Positions 42,851-55,484 of a stretch of DNA of 64,000 nt are shown in pieces (position 1 is the first letter of the stretch; every line of letters starts with the position of its first letter). The stretch lies in NCBI RefSeq assembly GCF_000281045.1, contig NW_008246086.1:584881-648880 (forward strand), written 5' to 3'. The stretch is from Saprolegnia diclina VS20 (taxonomy: Eukaryota). Position numbers and translations under genes: made by a program. The notes below the pieces were generated by a model, which saw only the letters and a list, made by a program, of their open reading frames with translations, searched no databases and was not told the DNA's origin.

Positions 42851-44379
42851 ATGAGGTCAACGGACAATGCAGGAAGCGCGATGGGCATGGCGCAGCGCTG
42901 CGGCCGCCATCGTACCGCGGGACGACGCCCCATGGAAGCGGCCATGCACCGAGGAGCAATAACCACATGCAGCCCGTCTTCCGATCGACAGGTACTCCAT
43001 GCAACCTCAGCGGTATGGCTCCAAGCACGTCGCAAGGGTATCGACCGACTCAACCTCCGATCCAAGACGACTACGGCTCCCAGCGTCCGGAACGCCCATA
43101 TCGGCTGCTTGGATCAGCGTATTCTACGTTGTAGGCTACACGGGGGCCTCGCAGGCGACGAGCTACACGTCCGAAGAGCCACAAAGCCTCTCCCAAGCGA
43201 CGACGACATTTGCCTCGGCGAGCCAGGACGAGGTAGGCCATGACCAAGTGCGTGAGCTCTGAACGTCGAGCAGATAGTTCCGCTGCCCGCTCTGCTGCAC
43301 TCTCGATATTCACGTATGCTCATGAGCATGACGGACGCCCAACGATCGACCATCTCGCACGCGACCCCCTCCTCTACGTCCGCTGGTCCAGACCCCGACG
43401 CAAGAAGTGCTTGCTCCGCTTCTACCGAAGTCGACGAGGTTGCTTTGGCGAGGGCCGAGCAAAAGAAGCGGAAACGCGATCAGCTTGACGCAGAGAAGCA
43501 AGAACGACGTCATGTGAAAGAGCAGCGCCGCATCCAAGCAGAGACCGAGAAAGCCGCCCGACGAGCATTGAAGCAGACAATGGATGACGAAAAGCGAGCC
43601 AAGAAGGAAGCGCAAGAAGCAGCGCGGCGTTTGCACGAGTCGACCCAAGCGGAAGCCAAGCTGCGCCGTCGTGGCGAGAAGGAGAAGCTGCGACTTGAGG
43701 CGCTCAAGAAGGCTCAAGACGACGCGGCGGCAGCCCTCTTGGGCAAAGTCGTTCGTCGGCAGGAGAAGCGCCGGATTGCGACCGAGCATGACAAGCGACT
43801 GCGTGCCTTGGAGTCAATGTTGCATGCAGCGGAGAAGAGTCGCACCGAAGAGACGAGGCGCGCGTTGCGCATGGAAACCCAAATCAACACGCTCGCTGCA
43901 GCCGTCGAGCGGGCGCTTCTGGAGGTGCATCCGGAAGGATGATGTTCATTCGCTGTATCTAACCCCTCTTGCAGAAAGCTGGACTGGCAGAGACCTTGAT
44001 GGACCAGAAGAATGCTCTTGCCGCGTGCACTTCGGACCTCCAGAAAGCAGTTCATAATCTCGTCAGCGCCAACGCCCCTACGAAGCGCCAGGTGCAAGTC
44101 GAGTCGTTCACCCCGGTGGCGCCTACTCCCAAGCCCCAACGTCGTGCACGGTCGTCTGCGGTGCCAAACGCTGACGGTCCGCCGACGTTGCGACGGTCGC
44201 TTCGCATGGCACAACGTGTGAACCGCGCCTTGGTCGTGGACCCGCCCGACGCCGTCGTTCGTCAGCCGCCGCCGGCCGAGGCGCCTACCGACATCGACTA
44301 TGGATGCTTGATCGCACTGGACATGATCGAGAAGGCGCGGGCGAAGAAGCGGCGAAAGGAGGTAGCACAGGAGTACTGA
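42851..44379 (+). CDS. Hypothetical coiled-coil protein (multi-exon)
   Basis: E/K/R/A-rich helical exon ~43370-43925 and a following exon to 44379; 5' exons uncertain. Confidence 0.6.
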
Positions 44380-44440
44380 TCGTTGTAACAAGACACGCTT
44401 CATATTCTTACGGGCGGCGCACGGGGCCGTGCCTGCATAC

Positions 44441-44745
44441 CTAGTCTTGGTACTTGATCTACATAATGCAGCATGAGCACAGGCCTGATGTATGCTAGAA
44501 CGCACCGGCTTCATGCCAAGCCACGGGTCCTTGACGAGCGCCGCGTACTCTTCCCGGATGGCTTTGCACGCGACGAAGTGGTTGACGCCGTTCTTCATGT
44601 AGCACTCGGCGACTTCTTCGCGGAGGAGCTTGACAGTCTGGTGCGAGATCATCTTCTCCTTGGCGAGATCCTTCTTGGCCTGCATGAGCATCGCGATGTC
44701 CACCGTGCCCGGGCGGGGCAGCACCACTTGACCGTTCTCCGCCAT
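44441..44745 (-). CDS. NDUFB10: Complex I accessory subunit NDUFB10/PDSW
   Basis: KLLREEVAECYMKNGVNHFVACKAIREEY matches the CYxxEGVNHxxxC motif; one 3' intron. Confidence 0.88.
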
Positions 44746-45325
44746 TAAAAACGCAAATAAGAGCGGAGTGGCCCGCGCCGGATAAGAAAGCGAAGGCCCC
44801 CGGCCGCACAGCCGCCAAACCATTGTATCATCCGCTTCTCATTTGCCTTTTGTATCGGACTTGGTATTTTTATTCCAAGCGTGCACCATCCGCATACGAC
44901 CCGTTGCCGTCAAGAGCAAGCGCCGCCACGCTGCCAGCACAGACGCCAGGTAATCGTCCGCAGGCACGCTCATGCTGGCGCTGCTCTCAAGGCCATGAAG
45001 ATACCAGGCCAAGTCGAGAATGCATACTATCATGCAGCAGGAAGCCGCGGGCGAATGTTGAGCTGCTTGTCATCTGCGGCGTCGGAACGATTGCCGGTAC
45101 GCCTTCAACTGCATCTCGCATCGCCCCATTGCTACGAGCGATGGACCAAGCATGACTAGCGTGCTGCACTACGGGTGCTATAGCAGGCATGGTTGGTTCT
45201 ACTCATTTTTTTTTTTTTTTTGGGTTCTACTAGTCTGCCATGCCCGTCACCGCGTTGGCAAGATCGCGTATCCGAATACGGTACGGATACCAAAGCACAG
45301 GAAGATCGGGGTCTTGCAGTTGACG

Positions 45326-48300
45326 ATGGTCCGTCGGAAGCAAGCGCGGCCAAGGGGCCCGAGACATGGAGACGACGACGCGCCCGCGAAAGCCTTGTCG
45401 TATGCTGGCTGGCCGCGCGCTGCGAAGAAGCGCCGCCTGGCGACGATGCCCATCCGCGTCGACGTGCCGATGCACTCGGCACCGAGCGACCTCTGCATCC
45501 ATGTTGCAGTGCCACCGAGCAGCAATGTCCCGGGCCGCGACGCAACAGCGGACCACAGCGCTACGTATCGCCTCAGCCTCGTGCAAAGTGATGCGCGAAA
45601 CGGCGTGTACGACACGGTGTGTCTTGGCGATGGCGAGCTGGTCGAGACAACGGCCGTGGGCCTCTCGCCGCCGATCCTCACGGCGCTTGCCCACGTCGCA
45701 GCCGCCAACTACGTTTCGGTCGTCGTTTCGATGCACCCTACAGTGCTGCACATGTACGTGCACATGGACGCCTACGCGACGCGCAAGCAGGCGGTGATGG
45801 TTCAGCACATGCGTCGCTTCATGGCCTGGCTCCTCCTCGCATCGAGAGACGAATGGTCGTACCCATACCTCTCCGAGCTCGAGGCCATGACGACATTCGC
45901 CGCTCCGCCGCTGATACACCCGTCGCAGCTACTCGAGCATATCGTGCCATGCCCGTTCTCGGCGGCGGGCGACGCCTATGTCCCGAGTCCGTATCTCCTT
46001 CCGACGCTGCGCCGATACCAGCGCGCCGCCGTCGCATGGATGCTGGAGCGCGAAGCTGGCGCCGATCCCAATGTACGCACTCCATTTACTCGTCTCGTAG
46101 TCCTCATGGCGTCTAGGGTGCGCTTGCTACGTTGCAGACGACGTATGCCACGCACCTCGGGACCTCGATGGCGTACGACCCCTTCGCAGCCGCGTTCGTC
46201 ACGCCGGGCACAGCACCGACTACCTTCGTGCACGGCGGCGTCCTTGCCGATGAAATGGGCTTGGGCAAGACGCTGCAAGTGCTCGCGTGCATCTTGTCGC
46301 ACCCGTGCTTGATGCCACTGACCGTGTTGGCGGCGGCGCCACCACGCGCGTGGCCGAGTAATGACGTGAGCTGCGTGTGCAACTCGAGCGCGATGCACAG
46401 CGCGGGATTTGTCCGCTGCACATTGTGTGGCATTCTCCAGCACCGCATCTGCACTGGCGCGGACGCTGACGAGACGTTCCACTGCGAAGCGTGCTTGCGC
46501 GTCGCCCAGCCGCTCTGGCACACCAAGACGACTCTGATCGTGTCGCCCCAGTCGATCCACAAGCAGTGGGAGGCCGAGGTGCTCCGGCACACGACGCCTG
46601 GCGCCGTCACCATCTACGTACGCTTGCTCTGTGGATACGAGGTGTGATCGAATACGGTGTCTAGTGCTATAGCGGCATCAAGGCCATGCGGGCGCGTCTT
46701 CGTGGACCGTCGTCCGAGTGGCAGTACTGCCGGGCACCGGTCCTCGCTGCGTTTGACCTTGTCTTGGCCACGTACCATACTCCTGACGCTATCATGCACC
46801 GACACGACTGTCGACATGTAGGTACGAAGCGCTGCGCGATGACGTGCACTACATTCGGAACGCCGACGCCCGACGTTTGCGCCAGGCCAAGCACTACCGC
46901 ATCGCGGCGAGTCCGCTCACGCATCTCTGCTTTTGGCGCGTCTGCCTCGACGAAGCACAGCTCGTCGAGAGCCAGCAAGTATCCATCGCTCTACTATCTG
47001 AGATCTGACATGGGTTCTAAATCGGACGTAGACGCAAGCGGCCGTGATGGCGTCGCATCTCTCAATGCAGCACCGGTGGTGGGTCACCGGCACGCCCTTT
47101 GGCAAGAGCATGGCCGACGTGCACGCGACGTTTGCCTTTCTGCGCGTCCCGCCTTTGGACGCCAAGGAGATTTGGCGCCAGCTGACGCCGCATGACCGCC
47201 TCGTGAACGCGCTCCAGGCGCTCGTTTGGCGCAACCGCAAGTGCAATGTCGACGATCAGATCGTATTGCCGCCGCAGACGACGCGATTCCACTGGCTGGA
47301 GCTCTCGAGCATCGAGGCGCACTTCTACGAGACACAGCACGCCGCATGCACCCAGTACGCCCCTACCGCACCGACATTCTGTCCAATGTCAAGACGTAGG
47401 AGCTACGCGGTCGGCGACGATGTGACACCCGGTATGCTCCAGACCCTCTTGCGCTTGCGCCAAGCCTGCTGCCACCCGCAACTCGGCGCGCACGGCATCC
47501 GCATGCTCCAGTCGGGCGGGCGTGTGCTCACCATGGACGAGATTCTGGACGAAATGCTCCTTTACGTACGCTAAGCTATTGGGGCTAAGTGTCTTGATGG
47601 CATGTACACTATTAGGCAACGCGGGCTTGCGAAGACGCGCAGCGGCTCTGGATCGCTGCGACCAACGGCCTCGCCGGCATCGACGCCATTGAGCACGACG
47701 CGGGTGCCGCCATTGCGCGCTACTGCGACGCGATAGCTCTTGTGCAAATCCACTGGAAGGACTTTCGGGCGGACGTGCTGCCGCGACTGCACATGGCCGT
47801 CAACCTCGAGCGACGGCTCGTCGATTTGGTGCCTGCAGCATCGCCGACTGCCGATGCGTCCGTGTCTCCGTGCATCAACGCCAAGGACGAGCACGGCCTT
47901 CCTTCGCTTGCTTCGCTGCAGGCGTGCATGCGCCCAGAGCGGCGCGAAGACGATGGGGTGCTGGCGTGTCTTGAGGCGAATCCGTCAGTCGTGTCTGCAA
48001 CAGCAACGGCGCTGGCTGCGTCGGCACGCCAACTGGAGCACTACTACTTGAGCACAGCGACGGCGCAGCACGACGCTGCCCAGCACAAGTACATGCAGGC
48101 ACATGGCAACGTCGACGCGCGTCGCTTCTCGGCGGCACCGCTGGCGACCATTTCAAACGCGCGACTGGACCGGCTTTGCGCCTCGTGGCTGGGGCGTTCG
48201 GACGGCTACCAACGATTTGCGCGCAAGTTTACGTCGACCGCCGGGCTCGTCATTGTCGCGTCGTCGGCGCTCGAAGACTTTGCGAGACGCCGTACTGAGA

Positions 48301-49944
48301 TGCACGACGCGCTGGTCCACCTCAGTGCCGCCACGCCATCCCCACGTGACGTGGCACGCTCCGGTGAGCACACTTGTGCAAAAGATGCAAAGGACGAACG
48401 CTCGACAATGTAGGCAACTGCCAACGCTGTCGGCAAGACCGGTACGGCCCCGTGTGCGACCACTGCAAACTGCAGCCGTCGCTCGATTCGCTGCAGGCAA
48501 CGCTCGTAGACGACGGCGACATGGCCGTGCTCTTGCAGGTGCTCGACGAGATGCAGCATCATGACAACAGCCTGCTCTCTGCTGTCCGCAAGGAAGTGGC
48601 GTGCGCCGCCAAGCTCTGGCAAGCGCAGCATGCGCGGCTTGGCGGTCTCGACGAACTCGCCATGGCCAAGACCACCATGACACTGTCGACCAACGCCAAC
48701 CACGGGACGGTATCCACACCGTCCGCTGTGAACTTTCATTCACATCATGGCACTCTGTAGGCGATCAACGAGCTCCACGCGTACGAGCTGCCCGGAAGGC
48801 GGGTGACGCTCGATGTGGAGCGCGCCGACGCCCACGCGACGCTACGTACTGCGCTCAGTCAGCTCCGGTACCTTCGACACCTGCAACAGCACCGCGTGAC
48901 GTCGTCCTCGCGCCGCGACGACTGCGTCGTGTGCCACGAGGAGCTTCCGATCGAGCACGCCATGTGGTCGTGTGCTCACGTCTTGTGTCGTTCGTGCACG
49001 CAAGCGATGATGCGGCCGGCGCGACGCGCGCTCTGTCCGACCTGCCGCTGCCCCAGCACCGCTGCGTCGATTCAACTGGTTCGAGACGAGCCGCTGCGCA
49101 TCGGTACGCGATTCTCCAACCTCAAAACGGTTTTGAGACTGGCGTTTGAGATTGAATGGGGACGTATAGGACCCGAGTGCGGTACCAAGGTCGACAGCAT
49201 CGTCCGCTGCATCCGTAGTCTGGGCGACGTGCGCGTACTTCTCTTTTCCCAGTGGCCGTCCATGCTGCGCATTCTCTCGACAGCCTTGCAGGAGGCCGGC
49301 GTCCACTGCCTTTACCCCGAGACTAAGAAGGACTTTGAGAAGGAACTGCAAGCGTTCAAGGCATCGACGACGTCGGCGTGTGTGCTCGCATTGCCTTTTC
49401 GACACGGCGCCAACGGCCTCAACCTCGTCGAGGCGTCGCACGTCGTCTTGGTCGAGCCGCTTCTGAACGGGTCGGTGGAGCGGCAGGCCATTAACCGCGT
49501 CCATCGTCTCGGGCAGGAAAAGCCGACAACTGTTCACCGCTTCATTGTGCAGCACTCGATTGAGGAAGGGATTTTGGCGCTGCAGGCCCGCGACGCCAAC
49601 ACGCCGCTGCACGCAACCGAGGTGGTCTCGGCAACCGACTGGCGCCTCCTTCTACAGCAGGTGAGTCGCAATCGATGGATATTTTGATCCTCATTTGGTC
49701 GTAGGAGCATGCCGAGATGAACGACGGATTCTGGTCGGCGCCGATGGGTGGTCCGACGCGCCAGCAAGTCAAGGACCGCTTGGAACGCGCGAGATCGTTT
49801 GAGCTGCGGGCCACCGACGCCCGCCTCGTCGACGAGCCAACGCTCGTTGTCTGTGGCGTATCGGTCAACGTGCACGTCGCTGCGCAGCTGCTACGAGGTA
49901 CGCCACGTGTCAGCATGGTCGTCAAGCATCTCTTGGCGGTGTAG
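45326..49944 (+). CDS. SHPRH: SNF2 helicase / PHD / RING E3 ligase, SHPRH-like (multi-exon)
   Basis: LRRYQRAAVAWML, GGVLADEMGLGKT, PHD (CVC...CTLC...HRIC...CEAC), WRVCLDEAQ, WWVTGTP, LRQACCHPQ, RING (CVVC...CAH..CRSC...CPTCR), GANGLNLVEA, QAINRVHRLGQ. Confidence 0.93.
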
Positions 49945-50952
49945 ACTGCAGCGCTGTCGATGAAGACGATGCTGCGTTGCTTGCGGTGCTCAAACAGCGT
50001 CTACGCGTCAAGCTACATGCGCTGGGCTTCCCAACACCCGAGGTTGTATCGTCAAATGCTGTCCCCGCCCAAAACGCCGGGCCGGATCGCACTTAGCACG
50101 ATGNNNNNNNNNNNNNNNNNNNNNNNNNNNNNNNNNNNNNNNNNNNNNNNNNNNNNNNNNNNNNNNNNNNNNNNNNNNNNNNNNNNNNNNNNNNNNNNNN
50201 NNNNNNNNNNNNNNNNNNNNNNNNNNNNNNNNNNNNNNNNNNNNNNNNNNNNNNNNNNNNNNNNNNNNNNNNNNNNNNNNNNNNNNNNNNNNNNNNNNNN
50301 NNNNNNNNNNNNNNNNNNNNNNNNNNNNNNNNNNNNNNNNNNNNNNNNNNNNNNNNNNNNNNNNNNNNNNNNNNNNNNNNNNNNNNNNNNNNNNNNNNNN
50401 NNNNNNNNNNNNNNNNNNNNNNNNNNNNNNNNNNNNNNNNNNNNNNNNNNNNNNNNNNNNNNNNNNNNNNNNNNNNNNNNNNNNNNNNNNNNNNNNNNNN
50501 NNNNNNNNNNNNNNNNNNNNNNNNNNNNNNNNNNNNNNNNNNNNNNNNNNNNNNNNNNNNNNNNNNNNNNNNNNNNNNNNNNNNNNNNNNNNNNNNNNNN
50601 NNNNNNNNNNNNNNNNNNNNNNNNNNNNNNNNNNNNNNNNNNNNNNNNNNNNNNNNNNNNNNNNNNNNNNNNNNNNNNNNNNNNNNNNNNNNNNNNNNNN
50701 NNNNNNNNNNNNNNNNNNNNNNNNNNNNNNNNNNNNNNNNNNNNNNNNNNNNNNNNNNNNNNNNNNNNNNNNNNNNNNNNNNNNNNNNNNNNNNNNNNNN
50801 NNNNNNNNNNNNNNNNNNNNNNNNNNNNNNNNNNNNACGACGGGTCGGATCACGGTGATAACCATGGCTCTAGTTATGATCTGCGGACCATTTACTGACG
50901 TTGTTTCTGCCAGACCTCGAGATGATATTGTGATGGCGTAGCTTGCAGAACG

Positions 50953-53945
50953 CTACGGTGTTGTCGTCCTCGTCGTTGTTGCTGCATACGCCATGTACGC
51001 GGTACTGTAGAGGTACTCGAAGAGAATCCGCTTGGTCTTGGCAAACACACTCACGAGCGGTTTGTCCCGGCGGCTGCCGTCGGCCGCGGCCACCGAGTGG
51101 TCGACGTGCGCCAATAGTCGGAGCTGCACTTTGGACGGGAGGCAAAGCACTTTTTTGGTCGTCACGAATTGGCTGTAGAGAGCAAACCCGATCGGGCGAC
51201 TGCGCTCCGTCGGGTCAAGTGCGTCGATCGCGCGCCACAAGTCGACGTGGGCGTCCTTTCCGCGACGCGCGCAAAAGGCGCGAAACCTGTCGTCCGAGCG
51301 CAACACGAGCAAGAGCATGGCGCGGCTCGGCGCCGCCTTGTCTTCCTGTCGCATCGCTGCGCGCTCGCGGGCTCCGATCGCGTCGTCGAGCTTGTCGACG
51401 GCTTGCTGCACGAGCGCATGGGTGGCCGGCAGCCGGCCGAGGCGGCGCTGCAGCGTCTTCTGGGCGAGATCTACGCACGCCGTGTAGTCTGACTGCGCTA
51501 TCTACTCGCAATTCATCAGCTACAGAGCATACTGTGTACAAGTTGATGAACCAAGAAGCGGTGGTAGTCGTCGAGGCCGACGCAGAGATGGCTGTCGTCC
51601 ATGGCCACGTGCGTCCAGAGAAGCGCCAGCGCCTGTTCGAACCGCTGAATCGCCACCACTGTCTCGTTCCGGGCCTATGCACAGCGAATAAGGTATGAGT
51701 TGCATGGCGTGGATACTGCCACCGCAAGCACGCGCGCGTGTTCGAGATAAATATGCCCAAGAAAGGCCACGTCATCGTCGACGTCGGTGCGGATGCTGCT
51801 GAAGAGCGTCTCGAGCTGCTGCGTAGCATCCTCGAGCTTGCCTTCGCGGCGGTAGACGCTGGCCAGTTGGAGCTGCGCCGCATGNNNNNNNNNNNNNNNN
51901 NNNNNNNNNNNNNNNNNNNNNNNNNNNNNNNNNNNNNNNNNNNNNNNNNNNNNNNNNNNNNNNNNNNNNNNNNNNNNNNNNNNNNNNNNNNNNNNNNNNN
52001 NNNNNNNNNNNNNNNNNNNNNNNNNNNNNNNNNNNNNNNNNNNNNNNNNNNNNNNNNNNNNNNNNNNNNNNNNNNNNNNNNNNNNNNNNNNNNNNNNNNN
52101 NNNNNNNNNNNNNNNNNNNNNNNNNNNNNNNNNNNNNNNNNNNNNNNNNNNNNNNNNNNNNNNNNNNNNNNNNNNNNNNNNNNNNNNNNNNNNNNNNNNN
52201 NNNNNNNNNNNNNNNNNNNNNNNNNNNNNNNNNNNNNNNNNNNNNNNNNNNNNNNNNNNNNNNNNNNNNNNNNNNNNNNNNNNNNNNNNNNNNNNNNNNN
52301 NNNNNNNNNNNNNNNNNNNNNNNNNNNNNNNNNNNNNNNNNNNNNNNNNNNNNNNNNNNNNNNNNNNNNTTTCTGTGAACCCAAATTGGCAGCGAGTTGA
52401 TCGTGGCCATGCGCGTGGAGATGGTAAAAGCAGTCGCGGCCAAGGAAATCGGGCTGGTTCAAGTCGGCGCCAGCCGCGACGAGCTCGTGGAGAGCGTCCA
52501 GACGGCCATTCTGAGCCGCAATCATGGCGCCGGTGAGGCCAAACCGGTTGGGCAGAAACCACGGACAGAGCGAAAGGGCAGCTCGGACGTCGTTGCTCGT
52601 CCCCCGCGCGCAGCACACGTGCAAAAGCATGTCGCCGACGGGTGACTCGTAGCGCGGACTGGCCGTCGTATGCGCTCGCAGATACGCAAAGATGGAGGGA
52701 ATGGGCGCCGCGTCCAAGGCGCGTGCAAGCCCGAGCTCTGTCGCCGCCATGTCTTTGGCCTCGCGCTTGGCGTCCAGTGCACAGCTACTGCTACACAGGG
52801 CCGCAGCGCCAAGGAACCCCGCGGCGTGGGCCAACGTAGCCGCCGTATCACCATTACGTGCCTACGCGTATGTATCTGGAGCTCCAGTGACACCCAATTG
52901 ATGCGTACTTGGAGCGTCGGCGTCGCGCCACAGGTTAAAAGCACGCGTATTAGGGACAAAAAGTTGTGCTTGGCTGCGACCATGAGCGGCGTCAGGCCAA
53001 GCGCGTTGGGTGCATTCACCTGCGCTGAAGATTGAGAGTCTCTTCTCTGCAGTGGAGCTCTACCAGGTCGGGCGACAGCGCTAGGAGACGCTCGACGACG
53101 GCGACGCGCCCCTTCTCGCAGGCCACGAGCATGCCAGTGGCTCCGAATTTCGTCGCGTGAGCAAAGCATGTGGGCGGCAAGAGCGCTAGCGCGTGGAGGT
53201 CGTCGGCGACAATGGCTACGAGCAGCGCCGTCTTGCCGTCGCTCGTCTCAAAGCCGGGGTCGGCGCCGAGCGCAAGCACGGCCCGCGCCACGGCCAAGTG
53301 GTTGGTCGCGATTGCGCAGATGAGCGGCGTCACGCCGTGCGCTTCCGAGTCCGGATCGGCGCCGTGCGCGATGAGATGCTCGAAGGCGTCGCAGTTGGCC
53401 TCGCGCAGGGCCGCCGCCATCTTCTGGGTCCATACGCCGCTCGACGCAAGTGCAATCTCGGTTCTCCATCAGATCTTAGAGAAGAGTCCACTACGATCGA
53501 GAGAACGGTACCTCTTGGCTGCGTGGTGCTGCGCGACCGTAGCCAGACGCGCTTGGGCGACAGCAGCCGATGCCAGTCGCGCATCATGGGCGGTGACGCG
53601 CCGCTGCAACTCGTCGATGCGACTCGCCGTCGAGTCGGCGCTCCCCGTGTGCACGTCGAGGTGATACGTCTGCAGACGTTTCCGCAAGCGTGTGGCCTCG
53701 CGAAAGCTTGCGATCGCCGCGTCATGAGCGCGTTGCTTGGCTTGCGCTTCAAGCGCGCAGTTCCAGGCGACCGACGCCGCGTCCTCGAAGGCCATGGCCT
53801 CGTTCGCGCAGGCTTCTGCACGTCGTTCTTCCGAGGCGTCGCGTCGCCGCTGCTCTTGTCGCTTCTTGCCGGCGCGCGCGAGGGCTCTGGATCGGCGCTC
53901 GTGCCGCCGCCGGACTTTGGCTTCGTACGCGTCCAAGGCGTCCAT
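50953..53945 (-). CDS. Coiled-coil + ankyrin-repeat + RGS-like domain protein (spans a gap; may be two genes)
   Basis: Ankyrin motifs GVTPLICA, GKTALLVA, GLTPLMVAA, GLTGAMIAA; TPR-like helix after the gap; RGS-like FRAFC...VDLWRAI...LYSQFV...FAKTKRILFEYLYSTAYMAY. Confidence 0.7.
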
Positions 53946-53964
53946 GTAAAGTTTGACGGTTGAT

Positions 53965-53966
<2 letters not shown>

Positions 53967-54022
<56 letters not shown>
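53967..54022. repeat. (ATCT)14 microsatellite
   Basis: Perfect tetranucleotide run ~20 bp upstream of the minus-strand start codon at 53945. Confidence 0.97.
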
Positions 54023-54023
<1 letters not shown>

Positions 54024-54794
54024 CGGGTACCCGTCAGGCGACGATGGACTGTTCGAGCCATGTGAATGGGAACGACTTACGTCCAACGCGTACCCTGTCC
54101 ACGCTACCTGCCAAGAGAATGCGTTCAACCCTATGTCGAGGACTTGAGTGGGCTTCGCCTCCTCGTCACATGTGCGGTTGGCCATTGGTCGTCGCCACGA
54201 GCTCTGTTGTCGCCATGTCATCGCCTCTCGCCCGTCGCCACCTTTGCTCTCGGCGGCTGAGCGGAGTGGTGAAACCACAATCGTGCCTCTTCTCTGGCAT
54301 CTTGGCAGTTGCCGCTGCGTTCTGGGAGCAGTCACACGTCCAGTCTCGGTCTCAACTGTCAACCAAGGTCGAGAGCAGACCTTTGTGATGGCAACGGATG
54401 TCGCGCAGCATGAGTGCGCACAGCGACTCTGCGATTTCGCAGAAGTGCGAAAGCTTGCAGTAGCTTGGGCACTGGTGCTGGCCTGAGCGTCAAGCACGTG
54501 GTTCAACGTTCGCATGGTCCTCAGGGGCCGCAACCTCGTTCGCGCTGGCTGTAGCATGCTGCTGGACCGTGGCATCGCGTCTGCGCTACTCCCATTGCTT
54601 CTTGGCGGTGCTCCTGCCGCCGACCACGGCCTCGTCGAGCTGGAATTGGGTCGCTGATGGCAACCGCCTTGCAGGAATCGGGTCGCTGCTGGCAACTGCG
54701 AGCGTGGAAGCGATCGATCGCATATGGGTCAGAAGGAGTCACTGTATTGCATTCCGTCGACCTCGTCTTCATCTATCTACTGCTCCATGCCTGC

Positions 54795-55124
54795 TTAGCT
54801 CGTAAAGTACGTGCCCTTCTTGAAGCAGTCCATGCATAGTCTGTGGCGAAGCTTCTTCGTGCCGCAGTGCTCGCACGACTGGAGGTGCACGATGTTCTTG
54901 AGGCGCTTGGACGGATCGTTGTTGCGGATCTTCTTGCGCGACGGCGTCACCTTGGACTTGGGGCACGCGTGCCAGAGCGCGTCGTTGAGCTCATCGGCCT
55001 CGTGGTCGTGGTCGTGGTCGCAGGCGCCATGCGCAGCCAGCTCCATCTGGACCTGCGGGAACATGCTCCACGTCGGAGTCTGCATGAGGCGACGGACGCT
55101 CGTGACAAGGCGCTGGAGAGCCAT
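54795..55124 (-). CDS. MRPL32: Mitochondrial ribosomal protein bL32m
   Basis: Presequence followed by ACPKSKVTPSRKKIR and zinc knuckle CEHCG.KKLRHRLCMDC. Confidence 0.92.
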   Translation of the reverse strand: MALQRLVTSVRRLMQTPTWSMFPQVQMELAAHGACDHDHDHEADELNDALWHACPKSKVTPSRKKIRNNDPSKRLKNIVHLQSCEHCGTKKLRHRLCMDCFKKGTYFTS

Positions 55125-55484
55125 TTCGACCTGCGAGGATTCTAGAGTAAGACGCTGCCACCAGTCGACGACCGCCGGTCCGGAAAAACTCCGGCTTTCC
55201 ACCGCCCAGTGCCAAAAAGGGGTAAACACGTTAAACACGAGTAAAACCCGTCGGGTGCTCCGTACTAGCAGTAGACACATGCTGCTCAAGCCATCCCGCC
55301 GACGCTTTACACGGTCGGTACGGAGGCAGCAGTTCATTCCGCTCTTTCCAATCAGCACTGCCATCCCAGTACCTACCGGTAGTACTGTCCGCTTCATCGG
55401 TTAAATCCATCCAAAGACGTTAAACTCGGCGCCACTGGGACAGAGAACGACAGCGAGGGCACCAAAGACACTATTGCGTATGCG

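Noticed and set aside
54043..54830. Possible plus-strand spliced gene between the microsatellite and MRPL32
   Set aside because: Some exon-like frames, but no consistent model or family could be supported.
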